Assembly: GCA_964016885.1 (NCBI GenBank)
Contig: OZ024740.1
Coordinates: forward strand, 35,774,001 to 35,838,000
Length of the DNA stretch: 64,000 nt
Direction: 5' to 3'
From: Eledone cirrhosa
Taxonomy: Eukaryota
Part shown: in pieces, positions 43,501 to 57,298 of the stretch
Position numbering within the stretch: position 1 is the stretch's first letter
How the letters are laid out: each line of letters starts with the position of its first letter
Program-made: the position numbers and the translations under genes
The notes under the pieces: generated by a model
What the model saw: the letters and a program-made list of their open reading frames with translations, nothing else
Database searches by the model: none
What the model was told of the DNA's origin: nothing

Positions 43501-46500
43501 CCTGATCAGCCAGTTCCAACTGTCTGACAAGTACCGACTAGATTTCCCTAATGCGCCAGTGTGGACCTGGGCTAACCGCATAGGGTCATCTAGATCGTAT
43601 ATAGACAGGATATTCATTAGGAAAATAGACAGAAATAGTGTAAGCTGTCCACGTTTTGAAACGGTCGCCTATTCAGATCACAAGTTTGTGATCTGTATGG
43701 TCGACCTAGATAAGACGCGTAGGTTAGGACCTGGTTACTGGAAGCTAAACATGTCATTTCTGGCACGTAAGGCTTACAGGGACCAGGTCAACAATTTAGT
43801 TAAGAAAAAGTTGACAGGGGTGTCGTCAACAATAGATGGTGGGGGGCTCTCAAAAGAGAGATTAGAGTAATGTCGATAGAGTTTAGCAAAGAAGTAGAGT
43901 TAGAGAAAAATAGAAAGGAGGGGGAGTTGGTAGATAAGTTAGACGAGGCAATTGGTAGTGGCATTGCAACTGACGAGCTAGCGGCGAGAATGGCATTAGA
44001 CCATTTCTTCAATGCGAAACACGAAGGTTGAATTGGCAGAGCTAGAGCGCGTGCTCTGAGAAACGAGGGAAACAAAGCTGTTCGATGGGCCCGCGTGGCA
44101 GAGGCGCAGCGTGATAATAAAACCACGATTCAGTCTTTGACGGACCGAGACGGGCACGAGCTGAGCGATTCCAAGAGGATGTGTGAGGCCTTTCGCCAAC
44201 ATTTTGCTCGGTTTTTCGGGGGAAGTGTCGTGTCAGAGATGGTGGCGGACTTCAGTCCCTACCTCGATGGCTTGCCGCAACTCTCGACGGCTGACGCTGG
44301 GCGCTGCGAAAGGCCAATTACTTCAGCCGAGATTCAGGATGCCCTTGTCGGCTGCATGAGGTGCAAGTCACCCGGTTTGGATGGTCTGCCCTACGAGATT
44401 TACGTAAATATGCCAGACTTGTTCTCCAATCTCCTCGAAGCCTTCTACTGCAACTGGCAGCAAAACGGGAGTATTCCCAGTTCTGTGAGCCGGGGCGTAG
44501 TGACGCTGATAAGGAAAGACGAGAACAAGAGGGACACATTAGACAATTTCAGGCCCATAACTCTGCTCAACACAGAGTTTAAGATTTTGGCCAGGGTGTT
44601 AGCGAAGAGGTTGGCGCTTGTCGTCCGGTTGGGGAGGCGCAAACTTGCGCAATCCCAACCAGGTCCATACACGACAACCTCCACCTAATGCGATACATCA
44701 TAGAGAGGGTAGGGTGTAAACCTGGCTTCGGTGGGGCTCTGATCAATTTAGATCAATCGAAGCATTCGACAGGGTCGACCATCGGTACCTGGAGGCTGTC
44801 CTCAAGGCCGCTGGCTTGGGCCCCGTCTTTTAGAAGCTGGATCGCACCTGCTCAATGGTCAAAATTAAAGGCCACCTCTAGGAACCGTTTCAGGTCTCCC
44901 GATCGGTCTGTCAAGGGTGCCCTCTCTCCTCCCCTCTGTACGTATTGACTCTCGAGCCTTTGTTGCGGAAGCTGGAGCTGTTGCAGGGCATCCGCTCGAA
45001 CCGGGACGCGGAAAGGCTGTGTCGGCTTATGCGGACAACATCACCATGATGGTGTCGGACACCTCAGAAATCGAGGTGGTCGGCAACTTATTGGAGGAAT
45101 ATAAAAGGTTGACGGGAGCAAAACTTAACCCGGAAAAGTCAGTGGGCTTGCAACTCGGCACCTGGAGAGGCAAGTCCATGCCGTCCAACAGCGTCGTTAG
45201 CCGCTGGACGGACGGACCGGTAAAGTTGCTAGGGGTTTGGTTCGGACCAGACCTCCAGGTGGATAAGAATTGGGACGAGGTGACGGGCAGGGTAGCCAGT
45301 CTCACCCAGAAATGGACTGGGATGAAGCTATGACTGAAATGTCGGGCGGAGGTGGCGAAAGCGTAAATCGCGTCCGTCATCTACTACCGTCTGACCGTCG
45401 TCCCTTGCCCCCGTTCGCGCCTCGACATCTTGGAGCGTCTCCTCTTCAAATTCTTGTGGAGAGGTCAGGTTCCGCTGACGAGGCGGTCCATCTGCTGCCA
45501 GTACCCTCTACGTGGAGGGCTGGGCATGCCGTGGCTAAAGATGCGCAGACACGCGCTGAGGCTGCGGCATCTCCAGATATTCTGCCTAAACGGTGAACAG
45601 GTGTGGTCGCCGTTTGTCAGACGGGCCTTTCCGCTGCTCGTTTCTTCGACTGAGCTGCAGTCCTGGGTCAAGAAGAGACCGAGACTGGGTGACTGGCATC
45701 TGGAATGTTGCCAGGCACTCATTGCCCTCTACTAGGCGGGCAATGCGGTCAGTGGAACTTCCACTCTCGAGTTCTATAGAGCATTAGTGGTGGGCAAGTG
45801 CGACGACGCACTCGGAGAGGTTCTGGGAGTCAACGAAGTCGAACTAACCAGTCTGTACCGGAGGACTTTCGAGCCGGGGACGATGGATAATTTCCCAAAA
45901 TCCCTCGCTTGGCAGTGCTACCGGGGGGCACTGCCGGTTCGAGATAAACTCTACAGGCACGAAAGTGCTGTCAGACGGACCTGCCCCAGATGCGCGCAGA
46001 GCGACGAAACCGTTCTGCACGCACTCGTCCAGTGTCCGTGCATTACTGACTTGTGGAGTTATGTTGAACAGCTGTTGTCGCGTGTAGAACGGATCCGGCT
46101 ATCGGCCGAGTCCATATTGAAGATCGACCCGCTGCCTTCTTTTGGCCAGGAAGGGCAGGCAATTTTCCTCTGTCTGGTGGCAGTAGCGAAAGAGGTTGTA
46201 TGGTGGACGAGGTTGAAAGGACTGAAGACAGACACTTTTCTCTTCGGCCAATCCCTCATCAACTTTTTCAAGTTTTACTTGGAAAGGAAGGTGAGGGTGG
46301 AGAGAGAAGTGCCCCCCCCAGTACATTTGTTGAAATGTGGGTGAATGTGACGAGAATGGCCCGTGTGAGTGGGCCTACCCTGGTCATGCGGCTGTAGGTA
46401 GGTAAATTTAAGGAGGAGAGGGGTGCCCTTCCTGGGTGCTCTCGAAGCGTCGAGTCGTTCAGGACTGGTGGGGTACCTGAGCGAACCCTAGGTGGTCATT

Positions 46501-46672
46501 CCCCCTATTGGGAAATTTTTTCTTGTAATTTTCTTGTTACTATATTGTTACTTTGTTATTGTTACTTTGTTATTGTGATTCATATTGTTTACTCGATTTT
46601 TCTGTAAAACCCCACTGTCCCAGTCTTTTGTATTGTCCCCTATATGTCGGCCCTTGTGGCCAATAAATGAAA
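40588..46672 (+). mobile_element. full-length but disrupted Tx1/L1-clade LINE family B
   Basis: ORF1 with CFVCGEKTHLRAFC. ORF2 from 43012 (MAVLRVGCLNVRGL) to 46397 with frameshifts. Lies between (ATT)n and (AAT)n. Confidence 0.92.
41568..41756 (-). mobile_element. complete tRNA-derived SINE inserted in Tx1-B ORF1 with 11-bp TSD
   Basis: AAGGTCATAAT at 41557-41567 and 41757-41767; A and B boxes on the minus strand. Confidence 0.92.
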
Positions 46673-46698
46673 TAATAATAATAATTATTATTATTATT

Positions 46699-46810
46699 TT
46701 CAAATCCAGCCGAGGTTAACTTTGCCTTTTATCCTTACGGGGTCGATAACATAAAGCACCAGTAATGCACTGGGGTAATTGCAGGCCTTGTGCCAAAAAT
46801 AGAAACAATT
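46699..46810 (+). mobile_element. 5'-truncated SINE
   Basis: Same central domain and tail as the other copies. Confidence 0.85.
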
Positions 46811-46879
46811 ATTATTAATATTATTATTATTTTTATTGTTTTTTCCTTTTTCCTTCAGTATTGTGTCTGATATATGCCA

Positions 46880-49800
46880 AATGTCTTCCTGGCACCTAGG
46901 GCAATAAACCCACCGTATACATCGGTAAGCCAGTTAATACACCACATTGAATATAATTTACAACTTATCATTCTTACAGAGGGATATCATTCAGAGATAG
47001 TGCTCTACTCACACATACACACACATATCCACACCAGGGGGCGATATCATTCTCACAGAGATAGTGCTCTTCTCAATACGTGTGCAGTACCAGTCAAAAC
47101 AATTTTTTGCACCTCTTGCAGTGAGGGTAAACCAGGAATCGTTCACAAATATTGTTCTGTTCCTTTCTTAATCATACCCAGTCCTCCCACAATCACTGGT
47201 ATTGTAACGGCCTTGGGGTGCCACATTTTTTCGATTTCAATAAGCAGATCTTTATATTTTCTTAACTTTTGCCACGTTATTGTCATCACATGGGATGTTC
47301 AAATCAATCAATAAACAGACCTTGCTATGCTGGTCTTTTACAATGATATCTGGTCTATTAGCTTTTATGGTCTGGTCAGTATGTATAGGAAAGTCCCAAA
47401 GAATTGTTACCTTTTCTCCTTCAGTTACAGCCTCAGGGTGATGATTGTACCACTTGTCAGCAGCTTTGATTTTATAATGTCAACATATTATCCAGTGTAG
47501 ATATTGGCCAACTCTGTCATGTCTATATTTGTACTCTACTCGGGCTAAAACTTTACATCCAGAAACTAGGTGGTCCACTGTTTCAACCTCAACATTGCAG
47601 AATCGGCACTTTGGATTTACTCCATTTCTCATCACATTGGCCTGGTAGTTCCGAGTCAGTAAACTTTGATCTTGGGCAGCTAAGATGAAGCCTTCGTTCT
47701 CTGCGTTTAGCCCTGAGCTACGTAGCCACTGACAGGTGTGCTTTTGATCAACATCAGCTTGTTTCCTACGGGCCACACATTTGCTATACAGAGGTTTCTG
47801 CTCTCACTTTGATGCTAATTGCTCCTGCCCTTTTCCTTTTCCCATTAATTCTATGTGCTTAGCAGCGACAATTGCAACGGTTTCCTCAGTCTGTCCAGCC
47901 TGGGGATCAAACATGAGATCAGTAGCATATTGTTTGCCATCCGTCAAGATAAAATGAAGCTTCTTACTTCTCTCATGTTTTCCAACAAGTTTCAGCATAC
48001 AGTCGTTTATTGTTTCAAGGTATTTGGTCAGTCCAATAGTGGTGGTCTTGTAGGTAAGTTCAAATTGCATCAGACCATGGCCTCCTTGAGTTCTAGGAAG
48101 GTAAAGACGATCCACATCTGCTTTCGGGTGGTGATTCTTATTACAAGTCTGTAACTTACGGAGTTTAGTGTCGATTCTTTTAATTTCACTCATATTCCAG
48201 TTCAACACACCGAAGCTATAAGTGACAACTGGAGCTGCCAATGAATTTATTGCTAACCCCTTGTTTTGAGAACTTAGTTCTGATTTCAGAACTGCGCGTA
48301 CTCTCCTGCAACATTCCTTCCTTATCCTCCCTTTCATACTTGAATGCTGAATGCCAGAGACCTCATTAATCCCTAAGTATTTATAGGTTTGTTCCTGCTC
48401 AAGTTCTTTTATGACTGTTTCAGCATCTAATTCAACTGAGTTTGAGTTGCTTAGCTTCCCATTCTTGAAAGTGGCTTTGGCACACTCATCAAGTCCAAAC
48501 TCCATCCTGATGTCATCACTAAATGTTTTTACTGTCCGCAAAAGGCCTTCCAGCTGGTCATTGTCTTTGTATTTTAGCATCAGATCATCCATATAAAATC
48601 TACATTAGCATTATGTGATTTCTCATCACTCCAAATCTTTCTCCAAAAGTTTTCAACTTCTTCTATGGACGGAGGGTCTTCAATAGTTATTTTCTTTTCT
48701 ATTTTCTATATAAAATGACTTGGCATTGGATGAGAACAACTTATTTTGCCTGTAGAAGTTGTTTCGCTTTTCGAATCTACGAATTCGTTGGGCTTTTACT
48801 TGGACTTTTTGTTTCAGAGTTTCCTTTGTTGATATTAGTACTTCTCCAGGAGAAAGTCCATATTTTCTCTTTAGCTTTCTTCCCTTCCTGGATCTTATAT
48901 CATTTCCAGTAATTAGCTCATTCATTAAAGATATTTCCACTCTCATTAGGTAAAATTTCCTTTTCAATTCTACTCCTCCAAATTGTTTTACTTCGCAAGT
49001 TAGACTGTCTTTGTTTTTTTTTGGTGGTAAACAACTTGTTTCAATTATTCTAGCAGATGCACAAATGATGATTTCATTTAACTCAGTAAGATCAGGTTCT
49101 AATTCTTCTATGAATTCTTTTGTTACAGAGTTACCAATCACTATTTGTTTTTTTTTTATTTTGGATTATATTTGGGAGTTTTTGAAGTGGTTCTCTATCA
49201 TTTATATTAGTGCAAGCTCATATAACTGCAAGCTCATTCAGTATTCTCCGTTTCAATTCCTTCATAGACTCTCTGTGTTCTTCAGCAAAAGTTTGGTCTT
49301 CAAGTACTGTTTCTATGCCCCATTCCTGGCTATTTTCAGCAGGTTCTATAGGACTACTCACTTCTACAAACCTATTTGAGGTTTGGTCAGATGGAGGTCT
49401 CTCAGTAAAAACTTGTGACTAGTTACTATCTCCAGGAGATTCTTCAGTTATTTCATAACTTATATTTATGTCATTCTCCACAACATGCTTGATCGCAGTT
49501 ATTTCAGTATCTGTGAGTCTATTATTTTTGAAGATATTCCTCCTAACATTTGCTAAATTATTTTCAACCCGATAACGTCTGCTATCGTGATTCCGTGTTT
49601 TCCAAATTTTGTAAGAGTTTGCAGTGTGTCTGTCGTGTGATGGCTTACTTAATGTATATGCGTATATTACTTCTTTATACTCTTCTCGGGTTCATTTCAT
49701 CCTTTTACATTTTTCTTTCTAGGGTGGTTTGGGTGGGGGATCAGGGGAGGGGGGCTCGAGTTGGAGCAATCCACGTTCAAGTGACCATCCAGGTCCATAA

Positions 49801-49900
49801 TCGGAGCAGAGTTTGTGCCAGAGGAGGACTTTTCGATCTCACGTTGGCACCTTCTTGAGGGACGCGATTCCTGATTAACCATAGGACAAGGGATCTGGTA
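46880..49900 (-). mobile_element. degenerate R4/Dong LINE, second family, RT core deleted
   Basis: YMDDL, TYKYLG, AAQDQSL, CRFC..ETVDHLVSGC, RHD. The sequence jumps from pre-RT to YMDD at ~48600. Confidence 0.85.
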
Positions 49901-50039
49901 TTCTGTATTAATTTTTATTTGTTCTTCCCGCAATACATAATTGCGTTACGCATGGAATTGGAAGTCCATGGAATGTTGCCCGGCTCTTTGGGTAGTGCAT
50001 TGGTTGGGCAGCTGTGAAATTATTATTGCCATTATAACA

Positions 50040-51340
50040 ACGGTATAGTTATGGCCATTGCCATGTAAGGATTTCTCTTGCCATCGTTTTAACATGGCAT
50101 TCTGGATATCAATTTTCAAATAAAATGTTGTCTTTCTCAATTTCTATTGTGTTTTCTTAGCTTTGATTTTCCTCACAATTATCTGTTAGTCCAATTTCTG
50201 ATTTGAATCTTTTGGTTTCCTTGAAGACCAAGGACAGCTTTTGGTTTTGTTCATGTTTCGTATTAGCTTTCCTTTGTTTTTTATTAGGTATTTTTGTAGT
50301 CCTACAGCAGTTATTTTATAAGTGCTTGCTACTTGCATAAGGCCCCTTTCTCCTTGTGTTCTTGGTAGGTATATTTTTTCTACGCCTGATTTTGGATGGT
50401 GTATTGGCGGTCATTACTCTTTTGTTTTTCTATCTATTTCAGCTAGTTCTTCCAATTCAAAATGTTAAAGCTCTAGCTCATTACTGGGACTGCTAAAGTG
50501 CTGATGCCAATCACCTTATTCTTTGCATTTAGTTCAGTTTTGAGTATTAACCTAATTCTTCTGTAGTATTCTTTTCTAATCTTGTCTTTCATCTGTGTGT
50601 GTTGAATCTTATCTAGTTCGTTGGTTCCTAAGTATTTGTATGTTTGAGATTGATATAGTTCTCTTATTTCTGCTTCTTTATCTAAAAATGATATTATTGG
50701 TTTTCACTAATTTCCTTTTCTTCAGAGTTGCCTTGGCAATTTTTCTAACGCAAATTTCATACCTATTTCTTTTGTGAATCCGTGTACAGTTTGAAGCAGT
50801 TGTTTTTCATTTGTAGCATACAGCTTTAGATCATCCATATATAGGACATGGTTAATTTTCCCATTGTAGCATTTATACCCTAGCCCAGTTCTGTTCAGTG
50901 TTTCAGACAATGGTGTTAATGCTAGGCAGAAAATCAGTGGTGGTAGGGAGTCTCCTTGGAATATGCCTCTGTTGATTGGGATAGGCTCTGTTTTTATTGT
51001 TTCATCCTTTGTTTGTATCAGCAGAATTGTTTGCCATTGACTCATGGCATGTTTGATAAATGTCGTTATTTTTGCTGATACCCTATTCATGGCTAGAGTG
51101 TTGAGTATCCATATATGGGGAACACTGTCAAACACTTTTTTGTAATCAATCCAAGCCATGCTGATTTTTTTTTTTTTTTTTTGCAGTTTCCAGTTATAGC
51201 TTTATTTATTAACAACTGGTCTTTGTATCCATATGAGCCTCTGTAAAGTCCTTTCTGTTCTTCTGGGAGCAGGTTGTTTTTTCCAGGTGTTTGGTTATTT
51301 TCTGTGAAAGTATTGGAGTTAAGGTTTTGTGAATTTTATA
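50040..51340 (-). mobile_element. degenerate R4/Dong LINE fragment, third family
   Basis: MAWIDYKKVFDSVPH, GIFQGDSL, YMDDLKLY. Confidence 0.88.
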
Positions 51341-52199
51341 AAAAGTAAAAAGGTTTTCTCTCAGTTTCTTACCTCTTACTATAAGCAGAGTGAATATATT
51401 TAACTTCGTCAGTTTCGCTGTCCACACCTATCCCTCGTGAAACTCACCAGAGAGCAGAATCTTTTTTTATACCATTACTCACTTCTTTAAGTGAAGAAGT
51501 TGATGAGGATTTGATCAGGGGAGAAAATCCTTTTAACTGTGTTTAATACACAAATTCATTTGTCACAGTGACCAGGAAATTGCAGGCCATTCTTACTTGC
51601 CACTGGAAGGCAGTGAGTCTATCTTAATATTTTCCCAATAGACTCGTTTGATAGCGAGTCCGCCGTAGACGTGAATAAAACTGGTTGTTATAGGCCCTAC
51701 ATTCAGTAAAGAATGGACACTGAACGAGTGCAGAATAATATAATAACTAAATAATATAATCATTATCTATAAAAGGCAGATTTTTGTGTCTGTATGTATG
51801 TTTCAATTTTATACATTTACACAATTCCAAAAATATTGAATGAATAATTAAGCAGAATGTTTACAAATATTCTAACTTGGGTCATGGGCGATCTTATTGG
51901 GTAAAAAATGCCACAACTACGGAAAAATCGATTTATTTCAACAATCGATGATTTCTCCTCTCTCATATGATATAAGTTTCCTATATCTACTCCCATTCAT
52001 CACCTCCCCTTAAAATTGCTACCTTCTCTTATAAGTGTTTGTGAAAAAGAGAAACATTGAAAAAAAACATATACACACATATATGTGGGTGCATACACGC
52101 ACATATATGTTGGTATGGTTACGATTGACGTCATAGAAACAGGAACGCGGGAATTTCAATCAATCAACGCATACACAGTTTGTTTTAGAAATAACAATA

Positions 52200-52995
52200 G
52201 CATATAATGATAAAGAGATCGGCCTTACACTTTCAAAATAAATTTTTCTGTATAAGTAACTTTAACCCTTTATTTTCGACATAAAAATACACACATACAT
52301 ACAAATACCTGTAAATTTTTTTGGGGGGCCTTTCTTATCAATCTTTTTACATTCAATTATCAGCCTTATACTTTCAAAGTCAATTTTTATGTTGAATTAA
52401 CTTTCAACGTTTAATACATACATACATACATACATACATACATACATACATACATACATACACACATACATACATATACACACATACATACAAATACCTG
52501 TCACTTAATTTACACACACATCGGCCTTCCACTTTCATACACACATACATATACACACATACATACAAATACCTGTCACTTAATTTACACACACATCGGC
52601 CTTACACTTTCATACACACATACATACATATACACACATACATACAAATACCTGTCACTTAATTTACATACACATCGGCCTTACACTTTCAAACTATATT
52701 TTTCTGTAGAAGTAACTTTAACCCTTTCTTTTCGACATAAAAATACACACATACATACAAATACCTGTACATTTATTTTTGGGGGGGCCTTTCTTATCAA
52801 TCTTTTTACATTCAATTATCAGCCTTATACTTTCAAAGTCAATTTTTATGTTGAAGTAACTTTCACCCTTTATTTTTCGATACCTATTTACTTACTAACA
52901 TGTGTATCACAACAACAATAACAATATTCATAAACAGACAGTAGACTTTCAAAGTCAATTTTTCTGTAGAAGTAACTTTCACCCTTTCTTTTGGA
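52200..52995 (+). repeat. tandem and dispersed subrepeats plus (CATA)n in Helitron 5' region
   Basis: Repeated CATCGGCCTTACACTTTC, CAAATACCTGTCACTTAATTT and AGTAACTTT blocks. Confidence 0.8.
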
Positions 52996-53001
52996 CATAA
53001 A

Positions 53002-55010
53002 ATGCCACCTAAAAAGAGAAGTCGCCTCAGTCGACATACCGCGTCAGCAGTGGCGCAAAAGGCTAAGATAGCAAACGAGTCCTCTGAGGAAAATGCTTCA
53101 AGACTTTCACAGACAGCCTTACATTCAGCAGAATGTCGAGCTGCTGGAAGTTTCCAACAGCGCACCGCACGCCTAGCCAAAATGGCTTCATACCAGGCTT
53201 CTTCCAGGGCTTCAGAGAGCCGTGAACAAAGGTCGAAGCGCCTGGCTAGAAACGCTGCGACTAATGCTGCTTCCAGGTCTTTGGAACGTTTAAAACAACG
53301 GACGGCTCGCCTTCCTACGGACGCTGCGGCTATGACTACTTCCATGGCTTCTGAAGATGCAGACGGGCGGTCCATTAGAATTGCAAATGTTGCTTCTGCT
53401 ATTGCTGCCAGACCTTCCCACCAACCACACGACCAATGTTCTACGTTCAAGCGTAACAGTCGACCGAGAGAAGCTGCACGCGGTGTGACGAGCCCCAACA
53501 GCCCTTACTGGCGCCTACGGGCTTTCAAGTATGAGCAAAACGTTAATTACTCGATGCGCTCTGACATAAATATAGGCGAGATGCGCTTCAATTGCGAATT
53601 CTGCAATGCTACAAAGTGGGCTGGGGAGCCACCTGCAATGTGCTGCTTAAACGGTAACGTCACCTTTCCCCCTCTTCCAGAACCGCCAGAGCCTTTGAAG
53701 GAACTACTGACTGGTTATACCTCAAGGTAAAAAAAAAAAAAAACGGATCCCCCCAATAAAAAACGCTCCTGGGGGTACCGGAAAAACTTTTGTAACGAAT
53801 TTGATTCTCGTTAAGATTCGTCAGGAGAAAAAAGTTTCGTTGTCCGTTGCATCGTCCGGGATCGCTTCTACTTTGCTGCCGGGAGGCAGGACAGCACATT
53901 CAACCTTTAAACTCCCTTTGGATTTAGTAAAAACTGAGACACCAACATGCAATATCAGCAAGAGTTCACACAAAGCTGTGGTTCTCAAAATATGTTGCCT
54001 CATTGTTTGGGATGAGTGCACAATGGCACACAAGGGTGCCCTTGAGGCATTGGACAGGGCCCGGAAAGACATTAGGGATTCTACCGCTCCTATGGGTGGC
54101 GTAACCCTTCAGGGGATTTTCGGAAAACGCTGCCTGTCATCCCCAAATGGACAAGAGCTGATGAAGTGCGTGCCTGTCTTAAGTCGTCCATGTTTGGGCT
54201 CCAGGTGAATAGTTTGTACCTGAGCACAAATATGCTTGCTCATTTGCATGGTGACAACATGTCTGCAACACAGAACATTTTAGCACTTGGTGAGGGCAAG
54301 ATCCCTGCGGATGACAAGGGCGGCATAGAAATCGACACCCTGTGCAACATTGTGAGCAGCCCTTCTGACCTTTGGGAAGCAGTTTTTCCTAATGTCTCAT
54401 CTAACTTTAAAAACCTCGATTGGCTCAGCGAAAGAGCCATCCTTGCTCCGAAAAATACCATGATTAATTTTATTAACGAGCAGCTGATTGAGAAGATTCC
54501 CGGTAAAGAGCACATCTTCAAATCAGACCCCGACGATATCCTTAATTATCCGGTTGAGTTATTAAAGCTCCTTGAGCCCCCAGGGCTCCCACCTCACATT
54601 ATTAAGCTTAGGGTTGGCTGTCCCATTATGCTAATAAGGAAGTTGCGTCCACCAAAGCAGTGCAACGGTACTCGCATGGTCGTCAAGTCACTGACATCCA
54701 CTTGATTGAGGCCACCATTGTAACGGGGTGCGGAAGAGGGGAGAATGTTTTCATTCCAAGGATGAACCTTTTCCCTTCGGCGTCAGATATCCCGTTCGAT
54801 TTCCGACGATCCCAATTCCCGGTGAGACCATGTTTTGCCATGTCCATTAACAAGTCACAAGGGCAAACATTGTCGGTGGCGGGCATCCATTTGGAGGAGC
54901 CATGCTTCTCCCATGGCCAACTTTATGTTGCCTGTTCCCGCGCAGGGAGCAGGAATGGACTTTTTGCTTACTCTCCTCAAGGGATGACACGCAATATCGT
55001 CTACAAATAG
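53002..55010 (+). pseudogene. Helitron RepHel remnant: N-terminus/Zn finger fused to Pif1 helicase, Rep domain absent
   Basis: ORF 53002-53730, then helicase motifs from ~53765 with frameshifts; no HUH or Y2 motifs seen. Confidence 0.85.
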
Positions 55011-55513
55011 GTGCTATAGATGTTGGTGCCGGTGTTGGAACTATGCCGTCTGGAACACTATTTCCTGGTAGGGTATCTCATGGCGGACAGATCTGACACC
55101 CAGCGGCATCAGGGCCACCATTTTGCAACTTTGGTCTACTAAATTCGCTATTGGAGGATTATTAACCCATCATTGATTGACCAAAATGCTAATTGGTTCG
55201 TAACTTTTAATAACCGGTTCAACTGCTTTATGCACTTAATTGATAAGCTTATTCGCTTTCAAACCACGTTTACCTGTATGTAACTTTTCATAGCAAATGA
55301 ACAAACCCGAGCAACGCCGGGCTAAACTGCGAGTAATTAATATAATATAATCGATATAATACAATAATTAATATAATATAATCAATGTAACTGATATAAT
55401 GAATATAATATAAATAATATAAAATATAATAAAGGGAGGAGTGTGGGACTGCGTCCAGAATTTATGTTTTTATCCCGTTTGTAAAATAAGTTGGATTACT
55501 TTGAATAAATAAT

Positions 55514-55657
55514 TACCGGTACTTTATTTTATCGACCCCGTAAGGATGAAAGGCAAAGTCAACCTCGGCGGGATTTGAACTCAGATCGTTAAGGGACGTA
55601 ACTATGCTGGAAAGCATGGCATCCGACCCTCTACCGATACTGCCAATCCGCTGCCCT
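55514..55657 (-). mobile_element. tRNA-derived SINE
   Basis: Near-identical to 41610-41752. Confidence 0.88.
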
Positions 55658-56202
55658 GCTTCCGGTTATCATATAATGGACGCTATATTATATCGCTTAT
55701 ATAAACGTTCGTATATTTGCATCGTTATATAACGTTTATATTTCCGTCGCTAATTTTCTCCTTTTTCATTTTCATAAAATTTCACCGTAATGCAGTTTAT
55801 ATACAATATTGTGTTTTTTAAATGTATCATGGATTACTTTACTGATTACAGAAGACAGTGTAACACAGTCTCTCTTCAATTTCTGTGCATGTTCTTAATT
55901 ACGATTTTATTTGATGTATCATATCTGAATGCATATATACTAGCAGAAAAGCACCGGAAGGGTGGTTTTTCTGCTAGTATAATATGATACTTTATGAAAC
56001 ACTTGATGTAATTGTCATTTATATGTCTGTAATTTGAGGATTTATTCTAATTCTGTCAATAGTCATAGTTTTGTCAATTCTTCTGGGATATTTTTTTCTC
56101 ATCCGTTGAAAATAATCTCAAAATTCTATAATTCGTAAAATAATTGTGTAATATCTATTTATATATCAATAGACAAAATAATTGTCTAATATTATTAATT
56201 CG

Positions 56203-56412
56203 ATTGGCAGTATCGGTAGAGAGTCGGACGCCATGCTTTTCAGCATAGAGTTACGCCTCTTTACTGTCTGAGTTCAAAACCCCTCGAGGTTAACTTTGCC
56301 TTTCATCCTTACGGGGTCGATAAAATAAAGCACCAGTAACGAACTGGGGTCGATTTAATCGACTTTCCCCTCCCCCCAAATTACTGGCCTTGGGCCTATA
56401 CTAGAAATCATT
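56203..56412 (+). mobile_element. tRNA-derived SINE
   Basis: TGGCAGTATCGG A box, GAGTTCAAAAC B box, shared core. Confidence 0.88.
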
Positions 56413-56467
56413 ATTAATTCATATATTAATAGACAATAAAATCATTGTGTAATATTATTTTCTTCAG

Positions 56468-56671
56468 ATATTAATAGGCAGAAAAAACATAAAAGATTAC
56501 AACGTGAGGTCGTTGAGAAAGATATTCGGTGTTGTTAGCCAAGAACCTGTTCTGTTTGGAACCTCTATAAAGGAGAATATTCGAGATGGTGAGGAAAATG
56601 CAACAGATGAAGACATAATTGCAGCAGCAAAAGAAGCCAATGCTCACGACTTCATTAAGCAACTTCCAGAG
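56468..56671 (+). CDS. ABCB1-like: ABCB1/MDR P-glycoprotein-like exon (Q-loop region of NBD), 204 bp
   Basis: TTTTCTTCAG|[38 protein letters not shown]...[12 protein letters not shown]|GTAAC; phase 0/0. Confidence 0.93.
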
Positions 56672-56844
56672 GTAACATTTTGCGATGAAATTGTTTTGTA
56701 ATTACAGTTGTAAAGGAGCATACATTTTATATAATAAAAAAAACTGTGAATAATGTAAAAAATATAAGAATTAACTGAGGAATACATTGAAAAATAAAAG
56801 TACTGCTAGAGTGGAGAGGTACTATTTGTACACATCTGAGAGTG

Positions 56845-57035
56845 GTGGATTGACAATATCGTTAGCGTATCGTGGTATTTAGTTACAGCTCTTTACGTTC
56901 TGAGTTCAAATCCCGCCGAAGTCAACTTTGCCTTTTATCAGTCAGGGATCGATAAAATAAAGCACCAGTCAATAACTGCGGCCGATTTAATCGATTTCCC
57001 CACAAATTGTTGGCCTAGGCCTAAATTTAAAAAAG
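56845..57035 (+). mobile_element. tRNA-derived SINE
   Basis: GAGTTCAAATCCC B box plus shared core. Confidence 0.85.
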
Positions 57036-57298
57036 CATTATTTGTACATATATTGCTTATCATTATGCATACAAAAGAAATAATATTTGTACTAAGCATG
57101 AGTTAGTAACAATTCACACATAAGAATAATTTTGGGATAATTCTCTTACCAATGTAAACATGGAATGGAATGGACCATTAACGGTGTCAACGATGAGTAT
57201 TCCAGTTGGACGATGATTGTAAAAGTCTGCTCGTGAAATTAACGTGCAGAAAACTGAGCATTTCGCAGACACGTGTATTCTAAATGTAATTGTATGGG

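Larger units (their letters stand above)
51766..55333 (+). mobile_element. internally deleted Helitron (~3.57 kb)
   Basis: 5' A|TCTATAAAAGG. 3' hairpin CCCGAGCAACGCCGGG then CGAG|T. Zn finger CEFCNATKWAGEPPAMCC. Pif1 helicase motifs PGGTGKTF, GRTAHS, WDE, QFP..FAMSINKSQGQT, HGQLYVACSR. Confidence 0.92.
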
